Source of the DNA: Akkermansia sp.
GTDB taxonomy: Bacteria; Verrucomicrobiota; Verrucomicrobiia; Verrucomicrobiales; Akkermansiaceae
Assembly (NCBI GenBank): GCA_045614705.1
Contig: JAZLDM010000017.1
Coordinates: 5,263 to 69,262, forward strand
DNA length: 64,000 nucleotides
Reading direction: 5' to 3'
Part shown: piece after piece, positions 36,040 to 44,963 of the stretch
Layout: each line of letters starts with the position of its first letter
Numbering within the stretch: position 1 is the stretch's first letter
The notes under the pieces: model-generated
What the model was told of the DNA's origin: nothing
The model's input: only the letters and a program-made list of their open reading frames with translations
Database searches by the model: none
Program-made: the position numbers and the translations under genes

Positions 36040-39000
36040 TTACATATCTTGCAAAAAGCGGAGCGTCTCGCGCAGTTTGTCGGCAGGGTGAATTTTTGAC
36101 AAGCGCGGGAATCTGCGGTCCAGAAGTATGTAATCTTTGTTGCGGGTGAGCATGAGTTTTTGCCCCGATATTTCCACTTGCGAGATATTTCGGCGCGAGG
36201 CCAGTATCTTGATTTTATGTGCAAGGAGCAGGTGACGGGCCTGCTTGGGTAGAGGGCCGAAGCGGTCAATCCACTGACGCTCTAAATCATCTACATCGTC
36301 TTCCGTCAGGGCTTTGGCCAATAGGGTGTAGCAGGCCATGCGGGTTTGAGTGCTCTCGACCCAGGCTTCCGGTATGAAGGCTCCGATGAGTTTGTCGGCA
36401 TCGGGGCGGGTGGAGAGCAGAGCCTCGCTTACACAGAGGAAGTCTGCTTTCAGCTGGGCATCTACCCGAATGGCAGGAGCCTTGCCCTGCAGGCGCTCGA
36501 TGGATTGGCGCAATAGCTGGCAGTAGAGCTCGAAACCAATTGCGGCAATATGGCCACTCTGCTGGGTACCCAGCAGGTTGCCGGCACCTCGGATTTCGAG
36601 GTCGCGCATGGCGATTTTGAATCCGCTGCCCAGCTCTGTGTATTGCTTGATGGCGGCTACGCGTTTGCGGGCATCGGAGGTGCATAGGGCATCTTGCGGC
36701 AGCAGTAGGTAGGCGTACGCGCGGTGGCCGCCTCGGCCTACTCGGCCACGCAGCTGGTAAAGGTCTGCCAGCCCGAATCGGTCGGCACGGTCGATGATGA
36801 TGGTGTTGGCGTTCGGTATGTCAATGCCGCTTTCGATAATGGTGGTGGAGAGTAGTACATCGGCCTTGTGCCCCACGAAGTCGCGCATCACACACTCCAG
36901 CTCGCTTTTATCCATTTGCCCGTGGCCGATGACGATGCGTGCTTTCGGGACGAGGCGTTGCAGGGTCTCCGCCATTTTGTGAATGCTTTGCACACGGTTG
37001 TGCAGGAAGAAAACCTGACCGTTGCGGGCGAGCTCGCGCTCGATGGCACGAGCAATGAGTTCCTCGCTGTAGGGGCATACGGCGGTTTGCACGGGCAGGC
37101 GGTTGAGGGGCGCTGTGTCGATGGTGCTCATGTCGCGCGCTCCCATGAGTGCCACATAGAGGGTTCTCGGTATGGGGGTGGCGGATAGGGTGAGCATGTC
37201 AACCATGCGGAACATGCGCTTGAATTGCTCTTTGTGGCGCACGCCGAAGCGTTGTTCTTCATCGATGACCGCTAAGCCCAGATTTTTGAAGCTCACACTT
37301 TTGGAAATCAGCCTGTGGGTTCCGATAACGATATCGACATCTCCCCTGCGCAGGCCTTCCACTATCGCGGCGGCCTTTTTGGCGGGGGTAAAGCGGCTGA
37401 GCAGCTCGATGCGGATGGGATATTCGCTCATGCGGCTGCGGAAGGTGCGGTAGTGCTGGTCTGCCAGCACTGTGGTGGGAGCCAGTATTGCAGCTTGGCG
37501 CCCGCCGGTCACGCATTTGAATGCGGCTCGGATGGCGACTTCTGTTTTGCCGAAGCCTACATCACCGCAGATGAGGCGGTCCATGGGGCGGTTGGCCTCC
37601 ATATCAGCCTTGCACTGGTTGATGGCTCGCAGCTGATCAGGGGTCTCGCGGTAGGGGAAGGAACTCTCAAATTGCCACATCCATGAGGAGTCCGCCGGGT
37701 GTGCATAACCGGTTTTGCTTTCGCGCTCGGCCTGTACTTCGAGCAGTTGGGCGGCGTAGTCTTGCACGGCGCGTTCTGCGGCTTGGCAGGCGCGCTTCCA
37801 GCGGGCATCGCCCAGTCGTGAAAGTTCGGGTGTTTTGGCTCCCAACCCCACATATTTGCTGACCAAATGAGCTTGTTGGAGAGGGATTCGCAGCAATACA
37901 CCGCCGGCGTATTTGATGTGCAGTTCCTGTTCTCCGGTCTTGGGGTCTTGCACGATACCCTCGAAGCGCCCTAATCCGTGGGCGGCGTGAATGACTAAAT
38001 CCCCGGGGGTAATTTCGCGTAGGGGGGCTTGTGCTCGCTCGCGGCGCAGGCGGTCTTCGCGGTCATTGCGCAGGCGGGCGCGCGGTGAGCTGTAGCGGCC
38101 GAATATTTCTGCCGCTGAGAGTACTGCCAGTTTGGCTCCGGGTACGGTGAACCCGAAGGGTAAATCACCATCGCGGCTTTGCACCGCTCTCCACGCGTCA
38201 TCTTCCCCGCAGATTTCCTCGAATCGTGTTTTCTCGCCTTCGTGTGGGAAATACATCACCACTCTCCATTTTTGCTCACGCCACTGCACAAGGTTGTGGC
38301 GTGCCAGCTCGCGGCGGGCCTCCTGCATGACGAAATCGCCTGTGTCGAAATTGCCAAGCGGCTCGCCATAAAAGGATAGTGCTTCTTTTTGGTGCAGCTC
38401 GTCCAGTTCCGGTACTACATCTACGACTTCGGGCGGGGTTTCAAATATGAGCACATTGCCGCGCTCTCCGCTACCGGGCAGGGATATGACCCAATCTTGC
38501 GGGGTTATCAGGTCGCGAAGCTTCCGGTCAGCCGGCGGTTCATCGAGCACCAGCTCGGCACTTGCCATCTTGCGGAAGGAAAGCTGGCTGTCAATGTCAA
38601 AGGCTCGTATGCTCTCGATTTCATCGCCGAAGAATTCAATTCTCAAAGGCCAGGCGGATTGCAGCGGGAATACGTCTAATATGCCGCCACGCAGGCTCCA
38701 CTGGCTGCGAGCTGTTACTTGTTCCACTCTTTCAAAACCTTGCTCGCTTAGGCGCCGACAGAGATTTTCGGGGGAAATTTCGTCGCCGATTTTCAGGCTC
38801 AGTGTTGTGTCGGTTTCTGCTTGTGCGAAAACGGGAGCTGCTTGTTCCAGCGCGGCTGCCGTCACTACTACTACTTGTGGAGCGAGTGGTGGGGTGGAGA
38901 TGGTACGGAGCGCTTCTAAACGCTCAGCGGCTAAATCCGGGTCGCTCAGACCGTTGTTGACATGGATTTCTCTCTCGGGTACGAATACGCAGGGCGCACC

Positions 39001-39237
39001 CCACAGCGGTAGTTCGGCCGCTAAGCGTTCCTGCATCGGTAGGGCATCCGCCACAGCCCATATTCGCCGGGCTTCTTTACATTGCTCGGTTACCAGTGCT
39101 ACGGCAAAAGCATACGCCGCCGGGCAGGTGCAGGGAAATACTACCGGGTTCTCCTGCGTGTCGTCAGAGTACAAACGACCGAGCTCCGACGCAAACGCGG
39201 AGCTTTTTATCACATAGCTGGTGAGCCGGAATGACAA
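36040..39237 (-). CDS. mfd: Transcription-repair coupling factor Mfd (TTG start as given; start uncertain)
   Basis: 1065 aa. UvrB-homology N-terminus, RNAP-interaction domain, SF2 translocase motifs (GDVGFGKTEVA, DEEQRFG, LSATPIPRT, QLRGRVGR) and TRG/C-terminal domain. Confidence 0.93.
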   Translation of the reverse strand: MSFRLTSYVIKSSAFASELGRLYSDDTQENPVVFPCTCPAAYAFAVALVTEQCKEARRIWAVADALPMQERLAAELPLWGAPCVFVPEREIHVNNGLSDPDLAAERLEALRTISTPPLAPQVVVVTAAALEQAAPVFAQAETDTTLSLKIGDEISPENLCRRLSEQGFERVEQVTARSQWSLRGGILDVFPLQSAWPLRIEFFGDEIESIRAFDIDSQLSFRKMASAELVLDEPPADRKLRDLITPQDWVISLPGSGERGNVLIFETPPEVVDVVPELDELHQKEALSFYGEPLGNFDTGDFVMQEARRELARHNLVQWREQKWRVVMYFPHEGEKTRFEEICGEDDAWRAVQSRDGDLPFGFTVPGAKLAVLSAAEIFGRYSSPRARLRNDREDRLRRERAQAPLREITPGDLVIHAAHGLGRFEGIVQDPKTGEQELHIKYAGGVLLRIPLQQAHLVSKYVGLGAKTPELSRLGDARWKRACQAAERAVQDYAAQLLEVQAERESKTGYAHPADSSWMWQFESSFPYRETPDQLRAINQCKADMEANRPMDRLICGDVGFGKTEVAIRAAFKCVTGGRQAAILAPTTVLADQHYRTFRSRMSEYPIRIELLSRFTPAKKAAAIVEGLRRGDVDIVIGTHRLISKSVSFKNLGLAVIDEEQRFGVRHKEQFKRMFRMVDMLTLSATPIPRTLYVALMGARDMSTIDTAPLNRLPVQTAVCPYSEELIARAIERELARNGQVFFLHNRVQSIHKMAETLQRLVPKARIVIGHGQMDKSELECVMRDFVGHKADVLLSTTIIESGIDIPNANTIIIDRADRFGLADLYQLRGRVGRGGHRAYAYLLLPQDALCTSDARKRVAAIKQYTELGSGFKIAMRDLEIRGAGNLLGTQQSGHIAAIGFELYCQLLRQSIERLQGKAPAIRVDAQLKADFLCVSEALLSTRPDADKLIGAFIPEAWVESTQTRMACYTLLAKALTEDDVDDLERQWIDRFGPLPKQARHLLLAHKIKILASRRNISQVEISGQKLMLTRNKDYILLDRRFPRLSKIHPADKLRETLRFLQDM

Positions 39238-39248
39238 AAGAAACGCAC

Positions 39249-39290
39249 AATTTACAAGCTACAGCGTACCAAGACTGTAGCTTGTAAATT
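39249..39290 (-). terminator. Perfect 16-bp inverted repeat: fabH terminator, 12 nt upstream of the mfd start
   Basis: AATTTACAAGCTACAG (39249-39264) / CTGTAGCTTGTAAATT (39275-39290) with a 10-nt loop. On the minus strand it is followed by GTGCGTTTCTTTT. Confidence 0.7.
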
Positions 39291-39306
39291 GCAGAAAAAG
39301 CGGATG

Positions 39307-40323
39307 TTACAGTCGTATGGCCGCGCTACTCCAAGTGAGGCCGGCGCCGAAGGTGACCATCAGCACGATATCTCCCTTCTTGGCTTTGCCGGAGCGTACA
39401 GCTTCATCGAGCGCGATGGCGCAAGCTGCACCGGAGGTGTTGCCATATTTCTGCAGGTTGATAAATACTCGTTCAACGGGAATTCCCAAGCGCTGAGCCA
39501 CAGCATTGATGATACGCAGGTTGGCTTGGTGGGGGATGACGAGGCTTACTTCCTCGGGCTTGATGCCGGTGCGCTCAATAAGCGACAGGGCGGAATCTTT
39601 CATGTGCGCTACTGCATGGCGGAATACCTCGTTGCCGCGCATGGCCAAAGTGTAGAGCTTTTCGTGAATGTTCTCTTCCGTTGTGGGAATGGCTGAACCG
39701 CCACCGGGTACCAGCAGTAGGTCTGTCAGTGTGCCATCGGAGCCGATATCGGTGGCCAGAATGGCACTGTCACCTTCGATACCTGTGCCCGTGCGCAAAA
39801 CTGCGGCGCCGGCACCGTCACCGAAGAGTACGCAGGTGCTGCGATCTTCCCAGTTCACGATGTGACTGAGTTTTTCGGAGGAAATGATGAGAGCCGTGCG
39901 AGCTTGTCCGCAGCCGATATACTGCACCGCTGTTTTCAGCGCGAAGAGGAAGCTCGAGCAGGCGGCTGAGATGTCGAATGCCGCAGCATTCACTGCTCCG
40001 ATATTGGCCTGCACATAGCAGGCGGTGGAGGGCGTGAAGGTGTCGGGCGTGACGGTGCCCACGATGATGAGGTCGATTTCCTCAGGGGCTACACCGGCTG
40101 CCTCCAGCGCTTTTTTGGCGGCCTGTGTGGCCATGTCGCTGGTTCTTTCGTCGGGGGCGGCAATTCGGCGCTCTTCAATACCGGTGCGTTCAATAATCCA
40201 CTCGTTTGACGTGTCGACCATCTTTTCGAGGTCGGAGTTGGTCAGGCGAGTTTCCGGTACATAAGAGCCTGTGCCGATAAGAGCCACCGGCAGGCGTTTG
40301 AAAGGCTTTGTGAGATCGTTCAT
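39307..40323 (-). CDS. fabH: 3-oxoacyl-ACP synthase III
   Basis: MNDLTKPFKRLPVALIGTGSYVPE..., active-site region AACSSFLFAL, HQANLRII and GNTSGAA motifs. The ORF-track extension upstream of ATG 40323 contains the promoter. Confidence 0.93.
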   Translation of the reverse strand: MNDLTKPFKRLPVALIGTGSYVPETRLTNSDLEKMVDTSNEWIIERTGIEERRIAAPDERTSDMATQAAKKALEAAGVAPEEIDLIIVGTVTPDTFTPSTACYVQANIGAVNAAAFDISAACSSFLFALKTAVQYIGCGQARTALIISSEKLSHIVNWEDRSTCVLFGDGAGAAVLRTGTGIEGDSAILATDIGSDGTLTDLLLVPGGGSAIPTTEENIHEKLYTLAMRGNEVFRHAVAHMKDSALSLIERTGIKPEEVSLVIPHQANLRIINAVAQRLGIPVERVFINLQKYGNTSGAACAIALDEAVRSGKAKKGDIVLMVTFGAGLTWSSAAIRL

Positions 40324-40377
40324 AGCTCGTGCAGTTCTGTATGATGATGTGCTCTCTCCCTTTTCGGGAACGCTCGT

Positions 40378-40386
40378 ATTATAGCA
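40378..40386 (-). promoter_or_regulatory. Extended -10 promoter element of fabH (leader about 48 nt)
   Basis: Minus strand reads TGCTATAAT (40386-40378), i.e. TGnTATAAT. Confidence 0.4.
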
Positions 40387-40650
40387 CAATGCTAGAGGGA
40401 ACACTAGCTTTTTTTGCGTTTTGTCTCAAATTTTGGCAAAAAATAGGAAAGTTAGTCCCAAAATAGATTGATTTCAGGTAGGAAAAGGGGGCTTTTTGTA
40501 ATTTGGTAAAGGATTTTAGGTGTTTTATGGGGGGATTTGTCTATATTTTTTTTGACGTGGCTATTGATCCAAGCGTTGTTGAATGTGGCTGTTGCTGCGA
40601 CGGAGTGTAGTTGTTTTGAACGTAGTAACCGAGTGAGAATGAGATGGCGC

Positions 40651-40679
40651 TTGTCATTATCGGTGAAATGTGCTATATT
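40651..40679 (+). promoter_or_regulatory. Sigma70-like promoter in leaderless geometry (outer-membrane protein gene)
   Basis: TTGTCA (40651-40656), 17 nt, TATATT (40674-40679), 7 nt, ATG 40687. Confidence 0.55.
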
Positions 40680-40686
40680 GCCTCGC

Positions 40687-41622
40687 ATGAGAAAGGTGCA
40701 TATTGCTGTGATGGCAGTTTTGGCTACCGGATGGGGGCAGGCTGCTACCGGAATGAGTGGGAGTGAAGCTGAGCTTGCGGCTTTGCGCGGGTGGCGCTAT
40801 GGCTTGCCCGATACGGGAATACTGCCCAGCTATGCGCAGGTTGAGTGGTATAGTCGCATGGGTGAGCGCCATGGGGGCTCTGAGCTGAGTATGCAGAGCT
40901 ATTCGCTTATTGTACCGCTCTCTGACCCTCGGAAAACCGGTTGGGAAAAGACGATGCTTAACCTGCAATTTAATGCTAAGCTTACCTGTGTCAACACCGG
41001 TGGTACGCTTGATTTGCGAAACGATGAATTATACAATTTTGCGCTCCCCATTACTTTCATCACTCCGGCGGCTAATGGTAACAGATGGACTTATGGTGTG
41101 GCACCTGAGATTGCTGCCGATTGTAAAGCCGTGGACAAGGGGATTGATTTAGCCGCGTATGCTTTTTATACCGTGAAGCACAGTAAAACATTCAGCTATT
41201 CGCTCGGGCTGGCAATGTCGCCCCGTTTTGCTGAGTATTTGGTGTTGCCCATGTTGCGCTTTGAGTGGGAGCCATGTGAGGATTGGGTGGTTAAGATGTC
41301 CGGCTACGAACTTGCTGCCATGTATCAGGCAACGGAACGCTTGTCGTTCGGGCCGTTTGTGGCTGCGCGTGGTGGGGTGTGGGCGGTTGATACTGACCGA
41401 GGAGACCGCATATTCCGTGTGCGTTCACTTGTGGTGGGTGGTATGTTCGAGTACGATTTTTCTCGTCCCGGGCAAACAAAGCGTATCATTACAGCCTCCG
41501 TCGGCTCGACTGTTACGACCAATGCTCAGTTTTTGGAGCGCAACGCGCGAAAGGACTCTTTCGGTAATCACCACTACAAGCCGGCCTTTTATGTGAGCGC
41601 CGGGGTGGATTTCAGGTTCTGA
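40687..41622 (+). CDS. Putative outer-membrane beta-barrel protein
   Basis: 311 aa. Signal peptide MRKVHIAVMAVLATGWGQA, alternating beta-strand pattern, and terminal ...YVSAGVDFRF ending in Phe as in OMP C-terminal signatures. Confidence 0.6.
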   Translation: MRKVHIAVMAVLATGWGQAATGMSGSEAELAALRGWRYGLPDTGILPSYAQVEWYSRMGERHGGSELSMQSYSLIVPLSDPRKTGWEKTMLNLQFNAKLTCVNTGGTLDLRNDELYNFALPITFITPAANGNRWTYGVAPEIAADCKAVDKGIDLAAYAFYTVKHSKTFSYSLGLAMSPRFAEYLVLPMLRFEWEPCEDWVVKMSGYELAAMYQATERLSFGPFVAARGGVWAVDTDRGDRIFRVRSLVVGGMFEYDFSRPGQTKRIITASVGSTVTTNAQFLERNARKDSFGNHHYKPAFYVSAGVDFRF

Positions 41623-41629
41623 GGTAAAC

Positions 41630-42280
41630 TCAGTCTAGCGGGATACGGTAGTGCCCGGTCAGGGGGAAGGTGAATAGCTGCGGGTTTTCGCGCGTGCCAT
41701 TCCCCATGTTGTGTATGACCATGGGAGTGCCGCTCAGGTCGGCGCGATTGCTTACTATCATGATGTGCGGTCGTCCGTTGTGGGTGCGGCATGTTACGAT
41801 ATCTCCCGGTTTGTAGTCTGAAGGGGTTTCTGTTACGGGGAGACTCCACCCCCGGCGCTTGAAGTATACTTGCAGGTTCGGTACGCGGCGGTGGTCGATA
41901 TTTTTATCGGGGCGCTTGGCTCCCCAGTTTTTCGGGTAGGCGGCGAAATCGCGACTCATATCTTCGTGTACTGCTTGCTGCAAATCGAGCCCCTTGAGTC
42001 TCAGTGCGCGAATTACCACGTCTGTACATACGCCGCGCTCTATGGGGATATCTCCGCCCGGGTAGGTCAGTTTTTCATAAGCCGAATCGTACTTTAGCGT
42101 TACTCCGATTTGCAATCTCGCTTTCTCAGCCAAGTTGTCGGAGGCGGAGGGTATTGGGCGGTAGAACCCTGTGGGTAAGTATTGGCGAATATATGGTTGA
42201 TATGGGGATAGTACTGCTACGCCTATCGCTACCATTGCTAAGATGACAAGTGAGAAGGTGATGAAAAGGGCTTTTTTCAT
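41630..42280 (-). CDS. DUF1287-family protein (N-terminal TM/signal)
   Basis: YPGGDIPIERGVCTDVVIRALR...DLQQAVHEDM...NIDHRRVPNLQVYF...GDIV...HIMIVS...VIHNMGNG...LTGHYRI matches my recollection of the DUF1287 conserved blocks. Starts 18 nt after the nuclease-like ORF. Confidence 0.7.
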   Translation of the reverse strand: MKKALFITFSLVILAMVAIGVAVLSPYQPYIRQYLPTGFYRPIPSASDNLAEKARLQIGVTLKYDSAYEKLTYPGGDIPIERGVCTDVVIRALRLKGLDLQQAVHEDMSRDFAAYPKNWGAKRPDKNIDHRRVPNLQVYFKRRGWSLPVTETPSDYKPGDIVTCRTHNGRPHIMIVSNRADLSGTPMVIHNMGNGTRENPQLFTFPLTGHYRIPLD

Positions 42281-42298
42281 GGGGGGATGCTGGCCGCA

Positions 42299-43069
42299 TC
42301 ATGGTTTCTTTTTGCGGTCGGCGTGGGTACCGGTTTGGCCGGCTTCGCGTTCGGCGGCTCGCTGTTTCCAGAGCGGAACGGAGCTTTTGCGGGCTTTGGC
42401 TTTGCGCTTGCGTTCGCGCCGCTCAGCAGCGCGCGCTTGTTCGGCGGCTATTTGCTGTTCTTTTTCGCGGGCTCGCCGGGCTTCTTCGATGCGTTTTTGG
42501 ATGCGAGAGGAGTGCTCATTGCCGGCGGAGGTTATGGTCCATGGGCAGCGGGGGTCTGTGCCGGACTCTGTGATAGGCAGGCACACCATATCGGGGTCGA
42601 TGAAACGAATCTGCCGGTAGAGTAAATCTTTGATGGTGGCCAGCAGACTCTTCGGCGGGAAGAGCCCGGTGCGCGCCAGCTCAATGGTGAATGCCACGCG
42701 TATGTGCTTGGCCTGTAAGCTCATGCGGGCGATGTCGCGCAGGGAAATACCCTCTGCCGGTTCTTCCTCCGGAGCGCAAATGGCTGCTGCGCGCAGCAGA
42801 AAAAGGCAATCCTTCACCTTGCGGCACAGCTTGTCTACCAAATCGCGCACCTTGGGGCGGGCATTGAAGCGATAGTCCTTTACCTCGATAAGCCATAGCT
42901 CCTTCTTGCCCGGGTGATAGAGCACGAAATCCATCTCCTTGCAACTGCTGCAGAAATTCTGTGCATGGTGGGAGTAAAAGGGCGAGCACTCAAAACGGCA
43001 CACATAGTACCCGGCTTCAAAATTGAAGCGGTGCAAACCTTCCACACAACTGGTACCGGACTGAAACAC
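42299..43069 (-). CDS. Zn-ribbon plus PD-(D/E)xK nuclease-like protein with a ~70-aa Arg/Lys/Glu-rich tail
   Basis: 256 aa, GTG start 2 nt after the ATPase stop. Cys cluster C24-x3-C28...C40-x2-C43. MDFVLYHPGKKELWLIEVKDY gives D47-x14-E62-x-K64 in beta-strand context. Tail RIQKRIEEARRAREKEQQ...RRERKRKAKARK...DRKKKP. Confidence 0.6.
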   Translation of the reverse strand: MFQSGTSCVEGLHRFNFEAGYYVCRFECSPFYSHHAQNFCSSCKEMDFVLYHPGKKELWLIEVKDYRFNARPKVRDLVDKLCRKVKDCLFLLRAAAICAPEEEPAEGISLRDIARMSLQAKHIRVAFTIELARTGLFPPKSLLATIKDLLYRQIRFIDPDMVCLPITESGTDPRCPWTITSAGNEHSSRIQKRIEEARRAREKEQQIAAEQARAAERRERKRKAKARKSSVPLWKQRAAEREAGQTGTHADRKKKP

Positions 43070-43071
43070 GC

Positions 43072-44160
43072 TTATACCTGCTCTCCCAGTTCGAGGTTCA
43101 TATTGAGGTAGCGGTCAGCCTGCTCCATTTCGGCCTCCAGACTGGCAATGTGGTCGATTTCATCGAGGGTGCTACCGGTTGAGGTGCGTACTCCGCAGCG
43201 GTTGTCATTCGGCGGTTCCAGCCCGAAGAATTTGCGGCTCAGTTTGCCGTTCAGTTTATCGGCTAATTGGATAACCAGTTCGCGCAGCAGAAAAAGACTG
43301 TGGGTGGTGAGCATGAGTTGAATCCCGGCACGGCAGAGCCCCAGAATGATATTGACCAGCAGGGGCAGGTGGGTGGTGTTCAGGTTCATCTCCGGTTCAT
43401 CCCAGAAAAGCGTTGTACCGGCGCGCACGGTGCCATTGCCGATGAGTAATCCCAGTGTGCCGATTCGTTTGAAGCCTTCTGCTACCAAATTAAGCTCCAA
43501 CGGTTCTTGACAGGGGCGCTGTAAGTAAAAGCGCCCGTTGATGCGACGGAGTTTCCCTGACAGTAACGCTTCAATTTGCCGCATGACATAGCGCAGTGCC
43601 TCGGGCAGTGCCGCTCCGGTGGGTTCTTCCTCCAGCGCTCGGCAGAGTTCCCAGCTGGCAGAATCCAGCAGCTCGGGGTAACGCTTACCTGCCTGCATGT
43701 AGCAGGGGTAGATGGAGAGTACCTCGCGAGGTGAGATGAATACCGCATTCTCACTGAGAAATCTCTGGGGTAATTTTTTGATGTGCAAGCCCTCTTCTTC
43801 TTGGCCGGCGACAAAGCGGAAATCGAGTTCGGCAGCCCCGAGCGGTACTTTATACCCCTCGAGAGAGGCTTGCACGGCCGCTTGTCCGTTGCCTCGATTG
43901 CGTGCCGTGAGAGAGGTGAGACTGTGCGTGCCGAACACACGCAGCAAGTCGCGTCTCAGCCGTTTTTCTTCGGCCCACACCTCGGGCAGCTCGCGGCGAT
44001 TGCCATCGCAGCCCCATTTTGTGAGCGCATAGCAGAGCTTCATCAGGTGACTTTTGCCGGAATCATTACCACCTACAATGATATTGACTCCCGGCACAAA
44101 GTGAAATGCCTCTTGCTGAGGGAATACCGTTACGCCCTCCACTGCCAGCTTTCTTATCAT
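43072..44160 (-). CDS. ABC/SMC-like AAA_15/AAA_21-type ATPase (alternative start ATG 44169)
   Basis: Walker A GGNDSGKS, signature-like VAEGFKRIGTL, Walker B TLFWDEPE, H-loop LTTHS. Start placed at ATG 44160 (MIRKLAVEG...) because the -10 hexamer overlaps the ATG at 44169. Confidence 0.8.
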   Translation of the reverse strand: MIRKLAVEGVTVFPQQEAFHFVPGVNIIVGGNDSGKSHLMKLCYALTKWGCDGNRRELPEVWAEEKRLRRDLLRVFGTHSLTSLTARNRGNGQAAVQASLEGYKVPLGAAELDFRFVAGQEEEGLHIKKLPQRFLSENAVFISPREVLSIYPCYMQAGKRYPELLDSASWELCRALEEEPTGAALPEALRYVMRQIEALLSGKLRRINGRFYLQRPCQEPLELNLVAEGFKRIGTLGLLIGNGTVRAGTTLFWDEPEMNLNTTHLPLLVNIILGLCRAGIQLMLTTHSLFLLRELVIQLADKLNGKLSRKFFGLEPPNDNRCGVRTSTGSTLDEIDHIASLEAEMEQADRYLNMNLELGEQV

Positions 44161-44167
44161 GTCTGAC

Positions 44168-44196
44168 ATTCTACCTCATTTGTGCGTTGTTTGCAA
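44168..44196 (-). promoter_or_regulatory. Sigma70-like promoter in leaderless geometry (ATPase-nuclease operon)
   Basis: Minus strand: TTGCAA (44196-44191), 17 nt, TAGAAT (44173-44168), 7 nt, ATG 44160. Confidence 0.55.
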
Positions 44197-44230
44197 TGCA
44201 GAAAATGCTCCGTTATGACTTTTCGTCGGC

Positions 44231-44260
44231 TTGCCTCGGGTGAGGCGGGTATGGTAAAAT
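44231..44260 (+). promoter_or_regulatory. Sigma70-like promoter in leaderless geometry (FKBP gene)
   Basis: TTGCCT (44231-44236), 18 nt, TAAAAT (44255-44260), 6 nt, ATG 44267. Confidence 0.5.
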
Positions 44261-44266
44261 GCGCTC

Positions 44267-44905
44267 ATGACCGATCAGGATAAAATGAAGAATGTGATGG
44301 GGTACCTCATCGGGTACCGTTTGGGTAGCCAGATGCTGCCGCAGATGCTCCCCGGTATCGAGGCCGACGACGTGGTGGCTGAGATGCTTGCCAAGGGCGT
44401 GAAAGACGGTATTGCCGGAGAGGCTGATATGAGCATTATCGATGAGAAGGTGGAGGAGTACCAGCAGGCTTTTGTCGCTATGTTGCAGGAGCGTGGTAAG
44501 AAGGTGGGCCAAGCCAACCTTGAGAAGGGTCGCCGCTACATGGAAGAGAACGGCAAGCGCCCCGAGGTGACCACCACTGAGAGCGGTTTGCAGTACGAGG
44601 TACTGACTGCCGGCGGTAGCGAGAAGTATGATGCCGCCGTGCATGGTGATGCTCCCACTGCCGAGGTGATGTACAAGGGCACGCTGGTAGATGGTACGGT
44701 GTTTGACCAGTCCCGCCAGCCTGTGAAGTTTAACATTCGTCAGGTTATCCCCGGCTTTACCGAGGCGCTTAAGCTCATGCCCGTGGGTGCCAAGTGGCGC
44801 GTAACCATCCCCGCCAACCTTGCTTATGGTGCCAACGGCCCCGGCAGCATTGGCCCGAACTCCACCCTCATTTTTGAGATGGAGTTGATAGGCCTCACCA
44901 AGTAA
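44267..44905 (+). CDS. FKBP-type peptidyl-prolyl isomerase (FkpA/Mip-like; no obvious signal peptide)
   Basis: C-terminal FKBP domain GLQYEVL...VMYKGTLVDGTVFDQS...VIPGFTEALKLMPVGAKWRVTIPANLAYG...LIFEMELI. Confidence 0.9.
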   Translation: MTDQDKMKNVMGYLIGYRLGSQMLPQMLPGIEADDVVAEMLAKGVKDGIAGEADMSIIDEKVEEYQQAFVAMLQERGKKVGQANLEKGRRYMEENGKRPEVTTTESGLQYEVLTAGGSEKYDAAVHGDAPTAEVMYKGTLVDGTVFDQSRQPVKFNIRQVIPGFTEALKLMPVGAKWRVTIPANLAYGANGPGSIGPNSTLIFEMELIGLTK

Positions 44906-44920
44906 TTCTTTTTTTACACG

Positions 44921-44955
44921 CCCCGCGGGCGGATTGCGTCCGCAGGGCTCTTTTT
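44921..44955 (+). terminator. Rho-independent terminator after the FKBP gene
   Basis: Stem CCCCGCGG... / ...CCGCAGGG (44921-44948, one mismatch), followed by CTCTTTTTATTT. Confidence 0.55.
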
Positions 44956-44963
44956 ATTTCGCT

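Noticed and set aside
42243-42625. Three nested + strand ORFs (42243-42620, 42287-42625, 42301-42573) opposite the nuclease tail
   Set aside because: These are Arg/Ala/Ser-rich mirror images of the Lys/Arg/Glu/Ala-rich coding tail on the minus strand. There is no independent support.
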